From contig JAFGNA010000006.1 in the NCBI GenBank assembly GCA_016927245.1, forward strand, positions 17,230 to 81,229: 64,000 nucleotides of DNA, given 5' to 3'. The notes below the pieces were generated by a model. That model was given only the letters and a program-made list of their open reading frames with translations. It had not been told where the DNA came from and ran no database searches. Source of the DNA: Candidatus Woesearchaeota archaeon. GTDB taxonomy: Archaea > Nanobdellota > Nanobdellia > Woesearchaeales > WJKR01. Position 1 is the first letter of the stretch. Every line of letters starts with the position of its first letter. The position numbers were made by a program, and so were the translations under genes. This document shows, piece by piece, positions 21,335-31,302 of this stretch.

Positions 21335-22831
21335 TTATTCCTCGTATAGGGGGAGGAAGATGTCTTTGGTCAGTTGCTTGACGCGTGAGGTGGTGGAGTG
21401 CTCGAGCAGCGACGCCTGCGCTATTCTGATGTAGTGCTGGTATCTCATCTTTTCGGGGAGCGCAGAGAACTTCTTCATTTGCCTGATGCCGTATTCTAGC
21501 CCTTGCCGGTCGTTGGTCTCGAAGGGGAACCCGTTGCCGGTGCTGTTCGCCACGTGCAGCTCCTTTACCGTGTCCTTGACGCCGTCGATGGCATGCCCGA
21601 TGATGAGCGTTCCTTCTACGGGGTAGTTCAGGTTGGGGCCGCCGCACGGCTCGTAATTAGGGGTCATCACGCCGTACGCGTTGTCCGATTGCTTGACGAG
21701 CTCTTCGAGGTCCTTGGAGAAAGGGTGGTAGGCGATGAGCCCGTTGCTGCTCAAGGAGGTGTTCCGCGCGTGGTCCTCTAGTCCTCTGTCGCCGCCGGTG
21801 AGGAAGAGGAATCGGAGATCGTACTTGTTCGCGAGTTCCGCCGCGTTGTCTATGACCAGCTCGGGATTCTTCTGCTGGCTGTATAGCCTGTTCGGGAAGA
21901 TGAGAAGGGTTCCTCCTTGCTTGAGCCCGGTCCGCCGCCGCGCTTCCACGCTGTTCCTCCTCCTCAGCCGGATGGTCGTCTCGAGGCCGTGCGTGTTGAT
22001 GAGGGTGAGCAGGTCGCTGCAGTCCTTGTCGAGCGGGTTGAGGTGGCCGTGCACCCTTGGTCGTCCGTCCAGGTGCGTGTTCAATGTTTTGTTCCTGATG
22101 GCGTGCGTGACTGTTGGTGAGAGGTAGTCGAGGCTTCCTTGTAGCAGCCGCTTGAGGAATCCTTCGCTGACGGTGGTGAAGTCGTCCGCTGCGTTCACCG
22201 CTGTGGCCATGAAATCGAAGTCTCCCCTGTGCCAGTATATCCATTCTTCTGGCCGGTAGTCACCGGAGTTCCTGATGTCGATGCCTGCCCCGATGACGCG
22301 GTCTGCTTGGGCGCGCTTGGTGAAGATGTTGTGCCCTGTGGTGACGACCTTCATGCCGTACGCCTTGGCCACCGGCGCCACTGGTCCGAGCATCCAGTCG
22401 CTAATCCAGACGATGTCCGGCCTGACCTTCGGGAGGATTGTGTTGGCCACGCCGTTGGAGAATGCCAGCGCCCTGTCGATCGAGGAGAATCGGTGCGTGT
22501 CGTCGTACATCCTGATGTTCGATCCTTCCACCTGCACTCTGTTGAAGCTCGCGTGGTTGATGAGATAGAAGTTGTCAGGCATCGCTGCCTCTATCATCTT
22601 CGTCTCGGTCGCGGTGAGGTCGTTGAGTTCACGCAGCCCGCTCTCCCATTTCGGGATGGAGGCGTAGACGTCGAACGTCCCTTCTTGGAGGAAGCCGAGG
22701 ATGTACTTCGCGTTGACAGGCGCCATGCCGCCGTTGGAGAAGTTGATGCCTCTCCTGAGGAGGTTGCCCATGCCTGTTTCCAATCCGAGGATGATTTCCG
22801 GGCTCGCGATGAGGAGTTTCCCTTTCGTCAT
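21335..22831 (-). CDS. GT-B glycosyltransferase resembling glycogen/starch synthase (GT5/GT4).
   Basis: The C-terminal E-x7-E region includes EPCG (PNYEPCGGPNLNYPVEGT). Length is about 498 aa. Confidence 0.55.
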   Translation of the reverse strand: MTKGKLLIASPEIILGLETGMGNLLRRGINFSNGGMAPVNAKYILGFLQEGTFDVYASIPKWESGLRELNDLTATETKMIEAAMPDNFYLINHASFNRVQVEGSNIRMYDDTHRFSSIDRALAFSNGVANTILPKVRPDIVWISDWMLGPVAPVAKAYGMKVVTTGHNIFTKRAQADRVIGAGIDIRNSGDYRPEEWIYWHRGDFDFMATAVNAADDFTTVSEGFLKRLLQGSLDYLSPTVTHAIRNKTLNTHLDGRPRVHGHLNPLDKDCSDLLTLINTHGLETTIRLRRRNSVEARRRTGLKQGGTLLIFPNRLYSQQKNPELVIDNAAELANKYDLRFLFLTGGDRGLEDHARNTSLSSNGLIAYHPFSKDLEELVKQSDNAYGVMTPNYEPCGGPNLNYPVEGTLIIGHAIDGVKDTVKELHVANSTGNGFPFETNDRQGLEYGIRQMKKFSALPEKMRYQHYIRIAQASLLEHSTTSRVKQLTKDIFLPLYEE

Positions 22832-22878
22832 GGGGAGCGGGTGAACCAGGAGATGTTTTTAAACTTGGCCCTCTGCGC

Positions 22879-23271
22879 TTATTTGAGCCGAGCCCCGCAC
22901 TTGTGGCAGAAGTTGCTTGTGCTGTAGTGCTTCGTGCCGCATCTCGGGCAAGCCACGACGTTGTGCTGCGCTGGGTTCCCTTGTTGCCGTCGTTGCTCCT
23001 GTTGCCACCGCAGCCGCTGCTCGTTGAGCTGCTTGGTGTATGATTGCTGTTCCTCGTGCTCCGTCCGCGACGCCTCTTTTCCTTGCTTGCCGAGGAGGTA
23101 CTTGCCCGCCCCGATGACGGCCATGACGATGCCGAGCCAGAAGAACAATGCCATGACCGTGGCGTCAGGGTTCTTCGATTGGATGATCTTGGCATAGATG
23201 CTCATGCCAGCGCCTATCGCGACGTATGCCGACCAGGGGATGGCGACGTGGCCTTCACGGACCTTCTTCAT
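22879..23271 (-). CDS. Membrane protein with a C-terminal zinc ribbon.
   Basis: The translation shows TM helices followed by CPRCGTK...CHKCGARLK. Confidence 0.4.
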   Translation of the reverse strand: MKKVREGHVAIPWSAYVAIGAGMSIYAKIIQSKNPDATVMALFFWLGIVMAVIGAGKYLLGKQGKEASRTEHEEQQSYTKQLNEQRLRWQQEQRRQQGNPAQHNVVACPRCGTKHYSTSNFCHKCGARLK

Positions 23272-23337
23272 GGCTTGGCCTGCTGCTCGTCGACTATTAA
23301 AACTTTGTGCGTGCTTGCAGAGTAGAGAAAAATCCTA

Positions 23338-23410
23338 TGGGGCTGGGAGGATTTGAACCCCCGTTGGGCGGCCCCGAACCACCAGTGATACCAAGCTACA
23401 CTACAGCCCC
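23338..23410 (-). tRNA. tRNA-Pro (anticodon CGG), intron-less.
   Basis: The minus-strand read folds into a canonical cloverleaf. It has acceptor GGGGCTG/CAGCCCC, anticodon stem GGTGG/CCGCC with loop UUCGGGG, and T-arm GGGGG-TTCAAAT-CCTCC. Confidence 0.8.
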
Positions 23411-23575
23411 GCAGCTTGCCGTGCGGGATGACGCCTCTTTTTAAAAAGGTTATGGGCGTGCGCGTTCGCCTGGCTCTCCGGTGGTCGTGAAGCTCTCGTT
23501 CAGCGCGCTTAACGTCGCCCTTCAGCTCGCTGCCCTTTTGATACGCCGAAAGGTCTAAATACTCATCCTCGCTGT

Positions 23576-23911
23576 ATGGCTTTCATGGAACGGCTCTTGC
23601 GATGCAAGCGGTGCGGCAGGGACTTCCCCGCTTCCGATCTGCGTATTAGTCCTGACGGCGGCTGGATTTGCCGCGGTTGCTTGGCCGGCAACCCGGTCAT
23701 CGGCCAGGCGCCTTTGCGGGCGTTCGACGAGCATATGAAGCGGCAGGAGGGTGACCTCTCCGGCTTGACGACGTATAAGTGCCGGTGCGGCTACGTTATC
23801 CGGCAACGGCGGGGCGAGCAGGTGAAGCGGTGCCCGTACTGCGGCCGGGACGCGTCAGCGTTCAAGAAGGAGGTGTCCGCGCAGGACCTCTTGGACGACG
23901 CAGAAGAATGA
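23576..23911 (+). CDS. Small protein with two zinc ribbons (4 CxxC pairs).
   Basis: The translation contains CKRCG...CRGC and CRCG...CPYCG. Confidence 0.4.
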   Translation: MAFMERLLRCKRCGRDFPASDLRISPDGGWICRGCLAGNPVIGQAPLRAFDEHMKRQEGDLSGLTTYKCRCGYVIRQRRGEQVKRCPYCGRDASAFKKEVSAQDLLDDAEE

Positions 23912-25195
23912 CTAGCGCTTCACTGTTATCCTTTCCTGCCCGTCCATGTACGGCCGCAACGATTCTGGGATGGTGACCGACCCGTCCTTCTCTTGGTAGT
24001 TCTCCAAGATAGCGACCATGATGCGCGACGTCGCGAGGGCGGTGTTGTTCAGGGTGTGCACCGTGCCGCGCTCCCCGTCCCTGCGCACGTACCTGATGCC
24101 GAGCTCCTCTGCCTGGTACGTGGTGCAGTTGCTGAGCGACATGACCTCGCCGTACCCTTTCGTGGTGGGGCGCCATGCCTCGAGGTCATGGCTCCTAGCC
24201 TTCCACATTGCCAGGTCGCCGGTGCAGATCTCTACGACGCGGTAGGGTAGCTTGAGCGCTTGCAGGATTTCTTCGGAGTTCCTCTTGAGCTCCTCGTACG
24301 CGTCCCATGTCTGCTCGGGGAGGCAGAAGATGAACTGCTCGACCTTGTTGAACTGGTGCGTGCGCCACAGCCCTTTCTCGTTGATGCCGTGACTCCCTAT
24401 TTCTTGGCGGAAGCACATGCTGTAACCGTACACTTTCATCGGCAGGTCTTGCTCCTCAATGGACTTGCCTTCGAGCATGCCGAGGATGGCGTGCTCCGCC
24501 GTGCCGATGAGGCAGAGCGGGTCTTCCTCGTCCGTGACCTTGTAGATTGATTGCTCGAACCCCTCGGTGTCCATGGCCGCGTCGAGGACGTGCTTTCGCA
24601 CCAGTAACGGCGGTTCGATGTATGTGTATCCCTTCTTGCGCAGGTGGTCAATCGCGAATTGGACCAATGCTTGGTTGAGGTGCCCGAGGTCGTCCTTGAG
24701 GTAGTAGAACCCGTTGCCTGAGACGTTGGCGGAGGCGTCGAAGTCCGCTATCCCTAGTGATTCCGCGAGTTCGACGTGGTTCTTGACGGGGAACCTGAAC
24801 GTCCGGGGCTCGCCCCACCGCTTGACCTCCTTGTTCTCCGACTCGTCCTTTCCTTGCGGGACGTCTTGGTGCGCGACGTTCGGGATGCCCGCCAACAATT
24901 TCTGCAGTTGCTCCTCCTTTTTCTGGACTGATGATTCCTTCTCTTTGACCCTTCCTGGGATGGCCTTGGCCTTGCGCAGGAGCGATTGGACGTCCAGTCC
25001 TTCCTTCTTGGCCTTGTTGATGGCTTCTGAGACCTCGTTGCGCTCGTGCCGGAGCTCGTCGAGCTCCTTCTTCTCCTTGCGCCACTCCTCGTCCGCCTTG
25101 AGTAGTTCGTCGACGGCCGAGGCGTCTTTCCCAAGGAATGCCATGTTCTCCTTGACTTTCTTCTCGTTCTCCCGGATGAACTTGGCCGTTAGCAT
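23912..25195 (-). CDS. serS: Seryl-tRNA synthetase.
   Basis: It has an N-terminal coiled-coil tRNA-binding arm and class II motifs (FRQEIGSHG, GxGxGxxRxxxA-like region). The start is likely MLTAKFIREN at about 25195. Confidence 0.85.
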   Translation of the reverse strand: MLTAKFIRENEKKVKENMAFLGKDASAVDELLKADEEWRKEKKELDELRHERNEVSEAINKAKKEGLDVQSLLRKAKAIPGRVKEKESSVQKKEEQLQKLLAGIPNVAHQDVPQGKDESENKEVKRWGEPRTFRFPVKNHVELAESLGIADFDASANVSGNGFYYLKDDLGHLNQALVQFAIDHLRKKGYTYIEPPLLVRKHVLDAAMDTEGFEQSIYKVTDEEDPLCLIGTAEHAILGMLEGKSIEEQDLPMKVYGYSMCFRQEIGSHGINEKGLWRTHQFNKVEQFIFCLPEQTWDAYEELKRNSEEILQALKLPYRVVEICTGDLAMWKARSHDLEAWRPTTKGYGEVMSLSNCTTYQAEELGIRYVRRDGERGTVHTLNNTALATSRIMVAILENYQEKDGSVTIPESLRPYMDGQERITVKR

Positions 25196-25266
25196 GGCCG
25201 TGCAAGAGCCCTTATTCCTATATATAGCTTTCTGCGGACCGCAGACCAATAACTATTTAAATAATC

Positions 25267-25698
25267 GTGCCGCTAAGGGATGCGGGGATGGCGACGAGGA
25301 AAAAAGCGGCTGGGAGGAATGAGTCCGTTGAGGTCTGCCCTGCTTGCCGCTCGCCTGCGCTCGAGACCGCGTTGCGCAACGGTAGAGAGGTTCGCGTGTG
25401 CGAGCGCTGCGGGTACGTCACTGACCAGCCTGCTAGGAGGCCCGTCGCCCATGCTCGAGCCCATGCCAAGCGCCGGCAGGTGTCGGTGAAGCACGCCCAC
25501 GTCCGGAAGCGGTATCACGATGCTCGTTCGTTCAACGCGTTCTTGGAGCGGTATTCTTTGCGGGCGTGGTTCAAGGTGGTCGGCGTGATGCTCTTCTGCG
25601 CAGGGGTCGTGCTCCTGCCGACCGAGCAGCTCGTGACCGGCGTCCTGTTCGTGGTGTGCGGCGCTTCGTTGCTGTTCGCAGGGTTGAAATGGTTGTGA
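25267..25698 (+). CDS. Zinc-ribbon protein with a C-terminal TM helix.
   Basis: The translation shows CPACRSP...CERCGY plus a hydrophobic C-terminus. Confidence 0.4.
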   Translation: MPLRDAGMATRKKAAGRNESVEVCPACRSPALETALRNGREVRVCERCGYVTDQPARRPVAHARAHAKRRQVSVKHAHVRKRYHDARSFNAFLERYSLRAWFKVVGVMLFCAGVVLLPTEQLVTGVLFVVCGASLLFAGLKWL

Positions 25699-25699
25699 G

Positions 25700-26365
25700 G
25701 TGGAGAATATGCATAGGGAAGTGTTCATCATCATCGGCGCGATGGTCATGGCAGCCGCGGTCATCTTCGCGGCGAAGCCGATGGCGTCTGATTGCAAGAC
25801 GATACGCTCAGGGGAGATTATCGGTACCAACGGCGATCCTGTCACCATGGGCTCGAATGATTGGGGTTATAACTTCCAGGCTCATCGTTTCAGCGGCGAG
25901 TACTGCTTGGCGAACGAGCTGGAGAAGGAGTGCCCTCCTGGTGAGCCGTACCTGAAGATGCGGTGGAACGACGCTTTCCTGAGCAACAAGGATTGCGACG
26001 GCGATTCGCGGCTGGACACGCATTACGGTTATCCTTCCTATAAGGGCAGCGGTGCGTGGCTGCTCATGGAGTTATCCGGCGAGGAGGACTCGGGTGACGG
26101 TTCGACGTGCTCTTGGGAGTTGGAGATGGAACTGTTTGCCATCCCCTTTGGTGCCGTGCTCCATGATGGCCTCTGGATGACGCCTGACGGCGAGGAGATC
26201 GGTATCGTTTATGACGAGAGCTTCCTGATAACCGAGGTGCATGAGGCTAATTCGTGCACGGGTGAAGTGTTCGATTACAAGAGCAAGTATAAAACGAACG
26301 TGAAGCCCGAGCCTATGCCGAAGAATATGCCTAAGGAGCACCCGGTGCGAGCGGCGAAGCGGTAG
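25700..26365 (+). CDS. Secreted or anchored acidic protein of unknown function.
   Basis: It has an N-terminal signal/anchor (IIIGAMVMAAAVIFAA), several Cys and acidic composition. Confidence 0.4.
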   Translation: MENMHREVFIIIGAMVMAAAVIFAAKPMASDCKTIRSGEIIGTNGDPVTMGSNDWGYNFQAHRFSGEYCLANELEKECPPGEPYLKMRWNDAFLSNKDCDGDSRLDTHYGYPSYKGSGAWLLMELSGEEDSGDGSTCSWELEMELFAIPFGAVLHDGLWMTPDGEEIGIVYDESFLITEVHEANSCTGEVFDYKSKYKTNVKPEPMPKNMPKEHPVRAAKR

Positions 26366-26386
26366 AATTTTTTTTTCTCTTTCGGT

Positions 26387-27280
26387 TCACATCTGTTCCA
26401 GTCTTCTGATACGCTCCTCGATGGGTGGGTGCGTGGCGAACAGTCCTGCCTTGCGGTTCCTGAACGGCACGCTGATGTATAAGTGAGCGGCGGCCTTGTT
26501 CGCGTGGTCCACGAGCGGGTCGGGGTCGTCCTTGATCTTCCGCAGCGCGCTCGCCAGTCCTGGCGGGTACCTGGTGAGGAGCGCGCCGTTCGCGTCCGCC
26601 ATGTACTCGCGTTTCCGGCTGATAGCTAGTTTTATCATCTCGGCGATGATGGGTGAGAGGATGGCGAGCACGAGGCCGGCTATGATGAAGATGATGGTCG
26701 CGTTGCCGCTGTCCCGCTTGCCGCCCTTCCCGCCGCCGTACAGGAACATCCTGAGGAGGAACTGGCTGAGGAGCGTTATCGCGCCGACGAGCACCGCGGC
26801 GAGCATCATCACCTTGATGTCATGGTTCTTGATGTGGCTCATCTCGTGCGCGATGACGCCTTCTAGTTCTTGCCGGTTCATCTTCTCGAGCAACCCGGTG
26901 GTGACGGCTATCGATGCGTGCTCGGGATCCTTGCCCGTGGCGAACGCGTTCAGCGCAGAATCTTTGATGACGTAGCACTTCGGTGTTGTCGGCAGTCCTG
27001 CGGCTATTGCCAGTCCTTCGACGGTGTGGTACAGGTGCGGGTATTCTTGCTTGGTCACTGGCTTGGCGCCGTTGATGCCCATGATCATCTTGTCCCCGCT
27101 CTTGAACACGATGAGGGTGTAGATGATGCCGATGATGGTCGTGATGACGAGGCCCACGATGAGGCTGTTCACGAAGTAGCCGACGACGAGCCCTATGAGT
27201 GACATGAGGAAGAAGAATAAAAAGATGAGGAGCCAGGTCTTGCGCTGGTTCCTCCTGATATCGTCGAAGCCGATGCGCAT
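26387..27280 (-). CDS. htpX: Zinc metalloprotease HtpX (M48).
   Basis: The HEMSH zinc motif (VIAHEMSHIKNHD) and four TM segments are present. Confidence 0.8.
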   Translation of the reverse strand: MRIGFDDIRRNQRKTWLLIFLFFFLMSLIGLVVGYFVNSLIVGLVITTIIGIIYTLIVFKSGDKMIMGINGAKPVTKQEYPHLYHTVEGLAIAAGLPTTPKCYVIKDSALNAFATGKDPEHASIAVTTGLLEKMNRQELEGVIAHEMSHIKNHDIKVMMLAAVLVGAITLLSQFLLRMFLYGGGKGGKRDSGNATIIFIIAGLVLAILSPIIAEMIKLAISRKREYMADANGALLTRYPPGLASALRKIKDDPDPLVDHANKAAAHLYISVPFRNRKAGLFATHPPIEERIRRLEQM

Positions 27281-27281
27281 C

Positions 27282-27836
27282 TTAGAACTTGACCTTCACG
27301 TTCTTGCGCTCTTCTGCCGTGGCCTCGAATGATTGCTCTTCTTTGAAGCCGAGCATGCCCGCAAAAGCGTTGTTCGGGAACGTCTGCACCTTGGTGTTGA
27401 ACACCATGACCATGTCGTTGTAGTGCTGCCTGGCGTACGCGATCTTGTTCTCCGTGCCGGTTATCTCTTCCTGCAATTGGAGGAAGTTCTGGTTCGCCTT
27501 GAGGTCAGGGTATCCTTCCGAGACGGCGAAGAGTGATTTGAGCGTGTCCGTCAATTGGTTGCTCGCCTCTGCCTTCTTGCCCACCGACTTGGCGCTCATG
27601 ACGGCCGCGCGCGCCTTGGTCACGTTCTCCAAGACTTCTCGCTCGTGCTTCATGTAGCCCTTCACGGTCTCGACGAGGTTCGGTATGAGGTCGTTCCTTC
27701 GCTTCAGCTGCACGTCTATCTGGGCGAAGCTGTTCTTGACCTGGTTCCTGAGCCTGATGAGCCTGTTGAACAAGCCGATGACGAGCAGGATGACCAGGGC
27801 GACGATGCCGAGTATAATCCATGTTCCTAATGCCAT
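27282..27836 (-). CDS. lemA: LemA family protein.
   Basis: It has an N-terminal TM, the LemA-like [25 protein letters not shown] motif, and is adjacent to htpX as often observed. Confidence 0.75.
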   Translation of the reverse strand: MALGTWIILGIVALVILLVIGLFNRLIRLRNQVKNSFAQIDVQLKRRNDLIPNLVETVKGYMKHEREVLENVTKARAAVMSAKSVGKKAEASNQLTDTLKSLFAVSEGYPDLKANQNFLQLQEEITGTENKIAYARQHYNDMVMVFNTKVQTFPNNAFAGMLGFKEEQSFEATAEERKNVKVKF

Positions 27837-27866
27837 GATGTATCAACCCCCTGTTGTTCTGAGTGC

Positions 27867-28409
27867 TTGAGGAGAATGTGCTATTTAAAGATTATGTATT
27901 TTCCTGTGCAGGTAATCTTAAATAGGTGTGCTGGCTGCTGTGTTGTCATGGTCTCTGAGTATTGGCTTCCTCATCACTATGCTTCGTTGGTTATGGCCTC
28001 TTCTTTCCCTGATGTCGGTGCTGTCGCCATGACCGTCGCGAGAAGCATGCCGCAGCCGTTGTGCCAGGTGTGCGGCCCTATCAGCACGGGCGGTTATGGC
28101 TCGTTGGAGCGCAACCTCGAATTGTTCGGGGAAACGATAGCCGCTCTGAGGATGCAAGGGAAGCACGTCTTCGACCAGATGCCCCTAGAGGATTCCTTGC
28201 TCAGGATACGTGCCTCGTTGGGCGAGTCGTATGATTGGCGAGGATTACTCACTGATGTCTACCTGCCGTTGTTCGCGTTAGGCGTGGTCAAGACCCTGTA
28301 CTTCATCCACGGCTGGGAATCTTCTCGTGGTGCGCGGTGGGAGCATGACGTGGCGGGGCGATTGGGTATTGCTAGGGTATACCTACCAGAACGGTTCTTG
28401 CTGGAATGA
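27867..28409 (+). CDS. Hypothetical protein.
   Basis: 180-aa ORF. The start is possibly internal. No confident family. Confidence 0.3.
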   Translation: MRRMCYLKIMYFPVQVILNRCAGCCVVMVSEYWLPHHYASLVMASSFPDVGAVAMTVARSMPQPLCQVCGPISTGGYGSLERNLELFGETIAALRMQGKHVFDQMPLEDSLLRIRASLGESYDWRGLLTDVYLPLFALGVVKTLYFIHGWESSRGARWEHDVAGRLGIARVYLPERFLLE

Positions 28410-28412
28410 ATA

Positions 28413-28568
28413 TGGCGCCGCGGGTGGGATTTGAACCCACGATCCCAAAGGGACAGGATGTTTGGCATTGCTGGTATTCTGATACACCAATAGGTATATA
28501 GCAATCTTACACGCCAGGAAGCTCATTGCTTGCCTGTCTCTGCGCAATACCAGGCTATGCGACCGCGG
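28413..28568 (-). tRNA. Intron-containing tRNA with a long (about 80 nt) intervening sequence. It has class-II-like features and resembles archaeal tRNA-Ser in the acceptor and D-arm. The anticodon is unresolved.
   Basis: The minus-strand read shows 5' GCCGCGG-UC-GCAUAGCCUGGUAUUGCGC (canonical D-loop with GG). The 3' part is GUGGG-UUCAAAU-CCCAC-CCGCGGC-G with a perfect 7-bp acceptor. A possible CCC-UUU-GGG variable-arm hairpin is present. The span is 156 nt. A paralogous gene lies at 38525-38663. Confidence 0.5.
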
Positions 28569-28607
28569 CATGGCTTGCACGCAGGTGTGAGAATCACCAG
28601 TTCCTTT

Positions 28608-29150
28608 TTAAATGTTGCTTTTCATTTTTTGCAGTTGCTTTATATTGATAAGGCCTATTTCTTCCATGAATTGTTTGCAACGCACTTTGCCGGATATGCG
28701 AAGGTGTTTTGAAGGCCCACCCCTTTTCTTTGGGATGTAGGTCCAGGTCGATGTTTTTATGCCGAATTCAGTGAGTGGTTGTTCGACTTGATTGGTGAGT
28801 GTGAATGAAGCGTTTGCGAACGGTATGGTCAGATAAGAATTTTTTCTGGACGCACACGCTACCATCTGCTGCGAACAGCCCGCGCAAAAACCTTGCTTTG
28901 ATACTTTTTTTTCTCCTGACATGATTGCCCTTGGTATCTCGACAGTTCTCGTTTTCTTGCCTGGTGGGAATCCTCCTTTATAGAGGAGGGCATGGAACGC
29001 TTTATCGGTGCACCGGATGCCATAACAACCGTTCTTTCCTCCGCTGCGATGTTTCCCTTCGAACGGGAAGTCATAGACGCGCTTCAATAAGGGGATGATG
29101 TGCTTGTCGTAGAACTCTTTTTCGTCGTTGTTTCCCCGTAGTTCCCACAT
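28608..29150 (-). pseudogene. Decayed LAGLIDADG-type homing endonuclease-like ORF in an AT-rich island immediately upstream of tRNA 28413-28568.
   Basis: The translation resembles the C-terminal half of LAGLIDADG enzymes (YLTIPFANASFTLTNQ...KHLRISGKVRCKQFMEEIGL). A second overlapping frame (28859-29074) suggests frameshifts. GC content drops sharply versus the flanks. Confidence 0.35.
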
Positions 29151-29331
29151 GTCTCCCTGGGTGGTTCTGTACAGCGTCCCATCACCTGCGTGAAGGCCCT
29201 AATTCAGCCAAATCCTCGGTTATCATCTCTGTTCTTGGGTGTTGTTTTTCTCCACTTAAACGCTACGTCAACACTTGTCCAGTGCTTCCCTGAGCGCAAA
29301 CCTTTTAAATCGCTTCGGACAGGACTGCTTC

Positions 29332-31302
29332 ATGAGGTGGCTCCTGTTCTGCGCCCTGGCCTTGCTCTCCCTGCCCGCAGCCCTAGCCCAGGTCACGCCG
29401 CACACCGCTTCCTCGCTCCTCATCGACGGCTCTATCACTAATCCTGTCGAGGTCATCGCCGCTTCTCCCCGGGCGTCCATCTCTTCCTTGGAGGCGAACA
29501 TCTCTTGGTTTCCCCAAGACCGTCCCGGCCAGGAGGTCACGTTCTTTGAGACTTTCCCCGCAGCGGAGATTGACGGCCATTCAGCCTTGTTCTCCATCCC
29601 TAGGCCTGTCCCTGGCCATTACTCCTTCGACGTCGAGTACCAGGTGCGCGTCACCGCTGACCACTCGCCCGTCTCGGATAAGGTCAGGTTCCCCCTCCCG
29701 CCTGTTTCTGGCGAGCTCCTTCCTTTCCTGCTCCCGACCGAGACCATTGACGTCACACCTGAGATTAGCAGCCTCGCCGCCTCTCTCGCAGGGGATGAGG
29801 ATGATCTTTTCCTCGTCGTGGCCTCCTTGGCGTCGTGGACGAGGGAGCACATCTCGTACGATCTCTCCACGGTGAACGTCGAGGCGTCGCAGCCTTCTTC
29901 TTGGGTCTTGGCGAACCGCCAGGGCGTGTGCGACGAGATGACCAACTTGTTCATCAGTATGCTCCGCTCCCTCGGCGTCCCGGCCCGGTTCGTCTCAGGA
30001 TTGGCGTATACTGATTCTGAGTTGTTCAGCGATCGTTGGGGGGCTCATGGCTGGGCGGAGGTCTATTTTCCGAGGGAGGGGTGGGTTCCGTTCGACGTCA
30101 CGTATGGCCAGCTCGGCTGGGTGGACGCGTCGCACGTCGTGTTCGCTACCGGCGTGGATAGCGGCAAGTACGCTTCAAGCTATTCCTGGTTGGGCCGGGA
30201 CGTCGGGGTCGAGGCTGAAGGGATGCGTCTCGATGCCAGCATTGTTTCTGATGCGGGCTCCTTGGACCCGGTGCTTTCACTATCGGTCGAGCCGTTGGAG
30301 GACGAGCTCGGCATCGGTTCCTATCAGCTCGTCATGGCCCGCGTTGCTAATCCTTCTGGTCGGTACGTTGCTGATGAGCTCCAGCTCGCGTTCGTGGATG
30401 GCTTCACCATGCTTGATGACGCGTTCCGTTCGGTCGTGCTTCCTCCTGGTGGTGAGGTCTCGCTGTACTGGCGGCTCCTCGTCGACCGAGACCTCGACCG
30501 AGGGTATCATTACCGTTTCCCCCTCCTCCTCCGTTCGCAGCGCGGCTCTGAGGCTGAGGGCGGTTTCCGCGTCGTCCCTGGTGAGCAGAAGCTCTCGTTA
30601 TCTTGGGTTGACCGTTTCGTCGAGGACTTGTCGAGCGGCGTCGAGGCGCCGTATTCTGATGAGGTCTCGTTCTCGTGCGGCTTGCCGTCCGGCGTGGTGC
30701 CTCGTCCAGGGGTCGAGTTTGAGGTTGAGTGCTCGCTCGTGAACGGTGGCGGGTTGTCGTTGCGTGGTGTCGAGGTGTGTTATGAGGAGACGTGCAGGGT
30801 GGTGGACGTCCCTGTTGGTGATGCGCGCACGGTTTCCTTCCCGGTCTCGTTCTCAGAGCAGTCATTGTACGCGTTGGCCTTCTCTGCGACGGGCAGCGTG
30901 GTGGAGCGGCGCGCTTATGTGTCTTTGGAGGTGTCTGCCAGGCCTTCCTTGCGATTAGAGAACTTGTCGCACCCTGCCGTGCTCGGTTATCATGATGAAG
31001 GAGTGGTGCATTTTGAGGTCGTGCACGTCAGTGGCTCGCCACCGGTCGCGGTGACCGTGTCCTTGGCGGGTCCTCGTGTCGAGAAGTCGTGGTCGTTCGA
31101 TGAGTTCTCGGGGCGCAAGGTATTCGATATCACTGTTTCGGGCGATAGCTTGTCCTTGGATGATGATCGCTTCGTCGTCTCGGTTGAGTACCATGACGAG
31201 GTCGGCGCGTTGTCGCGCGTGGAGGAATCGTTCTCGTTGCCGTTGGGTGAGGTCTCGTGGTGGCAGCGATTCCTGCTCTGGCTGGGCGCGTTGTTTGAGT
31301 GA
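29332..31302 (+). CDS. Secreted transglutaminase-like cysteine protease superfamily protein with C-terminal beta-rich (Ig-like?) repeats.
   Basis: Signal peptide MRWLLFCALALLSLPAALA is present. The transglutaminase core Cys (GVCDEMTNLF), His (HGWAEVYF) and Asp (FDVT) are present. Confidence 0.65.
   Translation: MRWLLFCALALLSLPAALAQVTPHTASSLLIDGSITNPVEVIAASPRASISSLEANISWFPQDRPGQEVTFFETFPAAEIDGHSALFSIPRPVPGHYSFDVEYQVRVTADHSPVSDKVRFPLPPVSGELLPFLLPTETIDVTPEISSLAASLAGDEDDLFLVVASLASWTREHISYDLSTVNVEASQPSSWVLANRQGVCDEMTNLFISMLRSLGVPARFVSGLAYTDSELFSDRWGAHGWAEVYFPREGWVPFDVTYGQLGWVDASHVVFATGVDSGKYASSYSWLGRDVGVEAEGMRLDASIVSDAGSLDPVLSLSVEPLEDELGIGSYQLVMARVANPSGRYVADELQLAFVDGFTMLDDAFRSVVLPPGGEVSLYWRLLVDRDLDRGYHYRFPLLLRSQRGSEAEGGFRVVPGEQKLSLSWVDRFVEDLSSGVEAPYSDEVSFSCGLPSGVVPRPGVEFEVECSLVNGGGLSLRGVEVCYEETCRVVDVPVGDARTVSFPVSFSEQSLYALAFSATGSVVERRAYVSLEVSARPSLRLENLSHPAVLGYHDEGVVHFEVVHVSGSPPVAVTVSLAGPRVEKSWSFDEFSGRKVFDITVSGDSLSLDDDRFVVSVEYHDEVGALSRVEESFSLPLGEVSWWQRFLLWLGALFE

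Noticed and set aside
21657-22244. Numerous Arg/Pro/His-rich ORFs antisense to or frame-shifted within real genes, for example 21657-22244, 24648-25205, 40387-40815, 30404-30865 and 13926-14465.
   Set aside because: This composition bias is what a 60% GC genome gives in non-coding frames. Each overlaps a well-supported CDS.
28383-28580. Small ORFs (28383-28580 minus, 28259-28504 minus) overlapping the long-intron tRNA.
   Set aside because: They lie entirely within a region that folds into tRNA acceptor, D- and T-arms. They have no coding signal.
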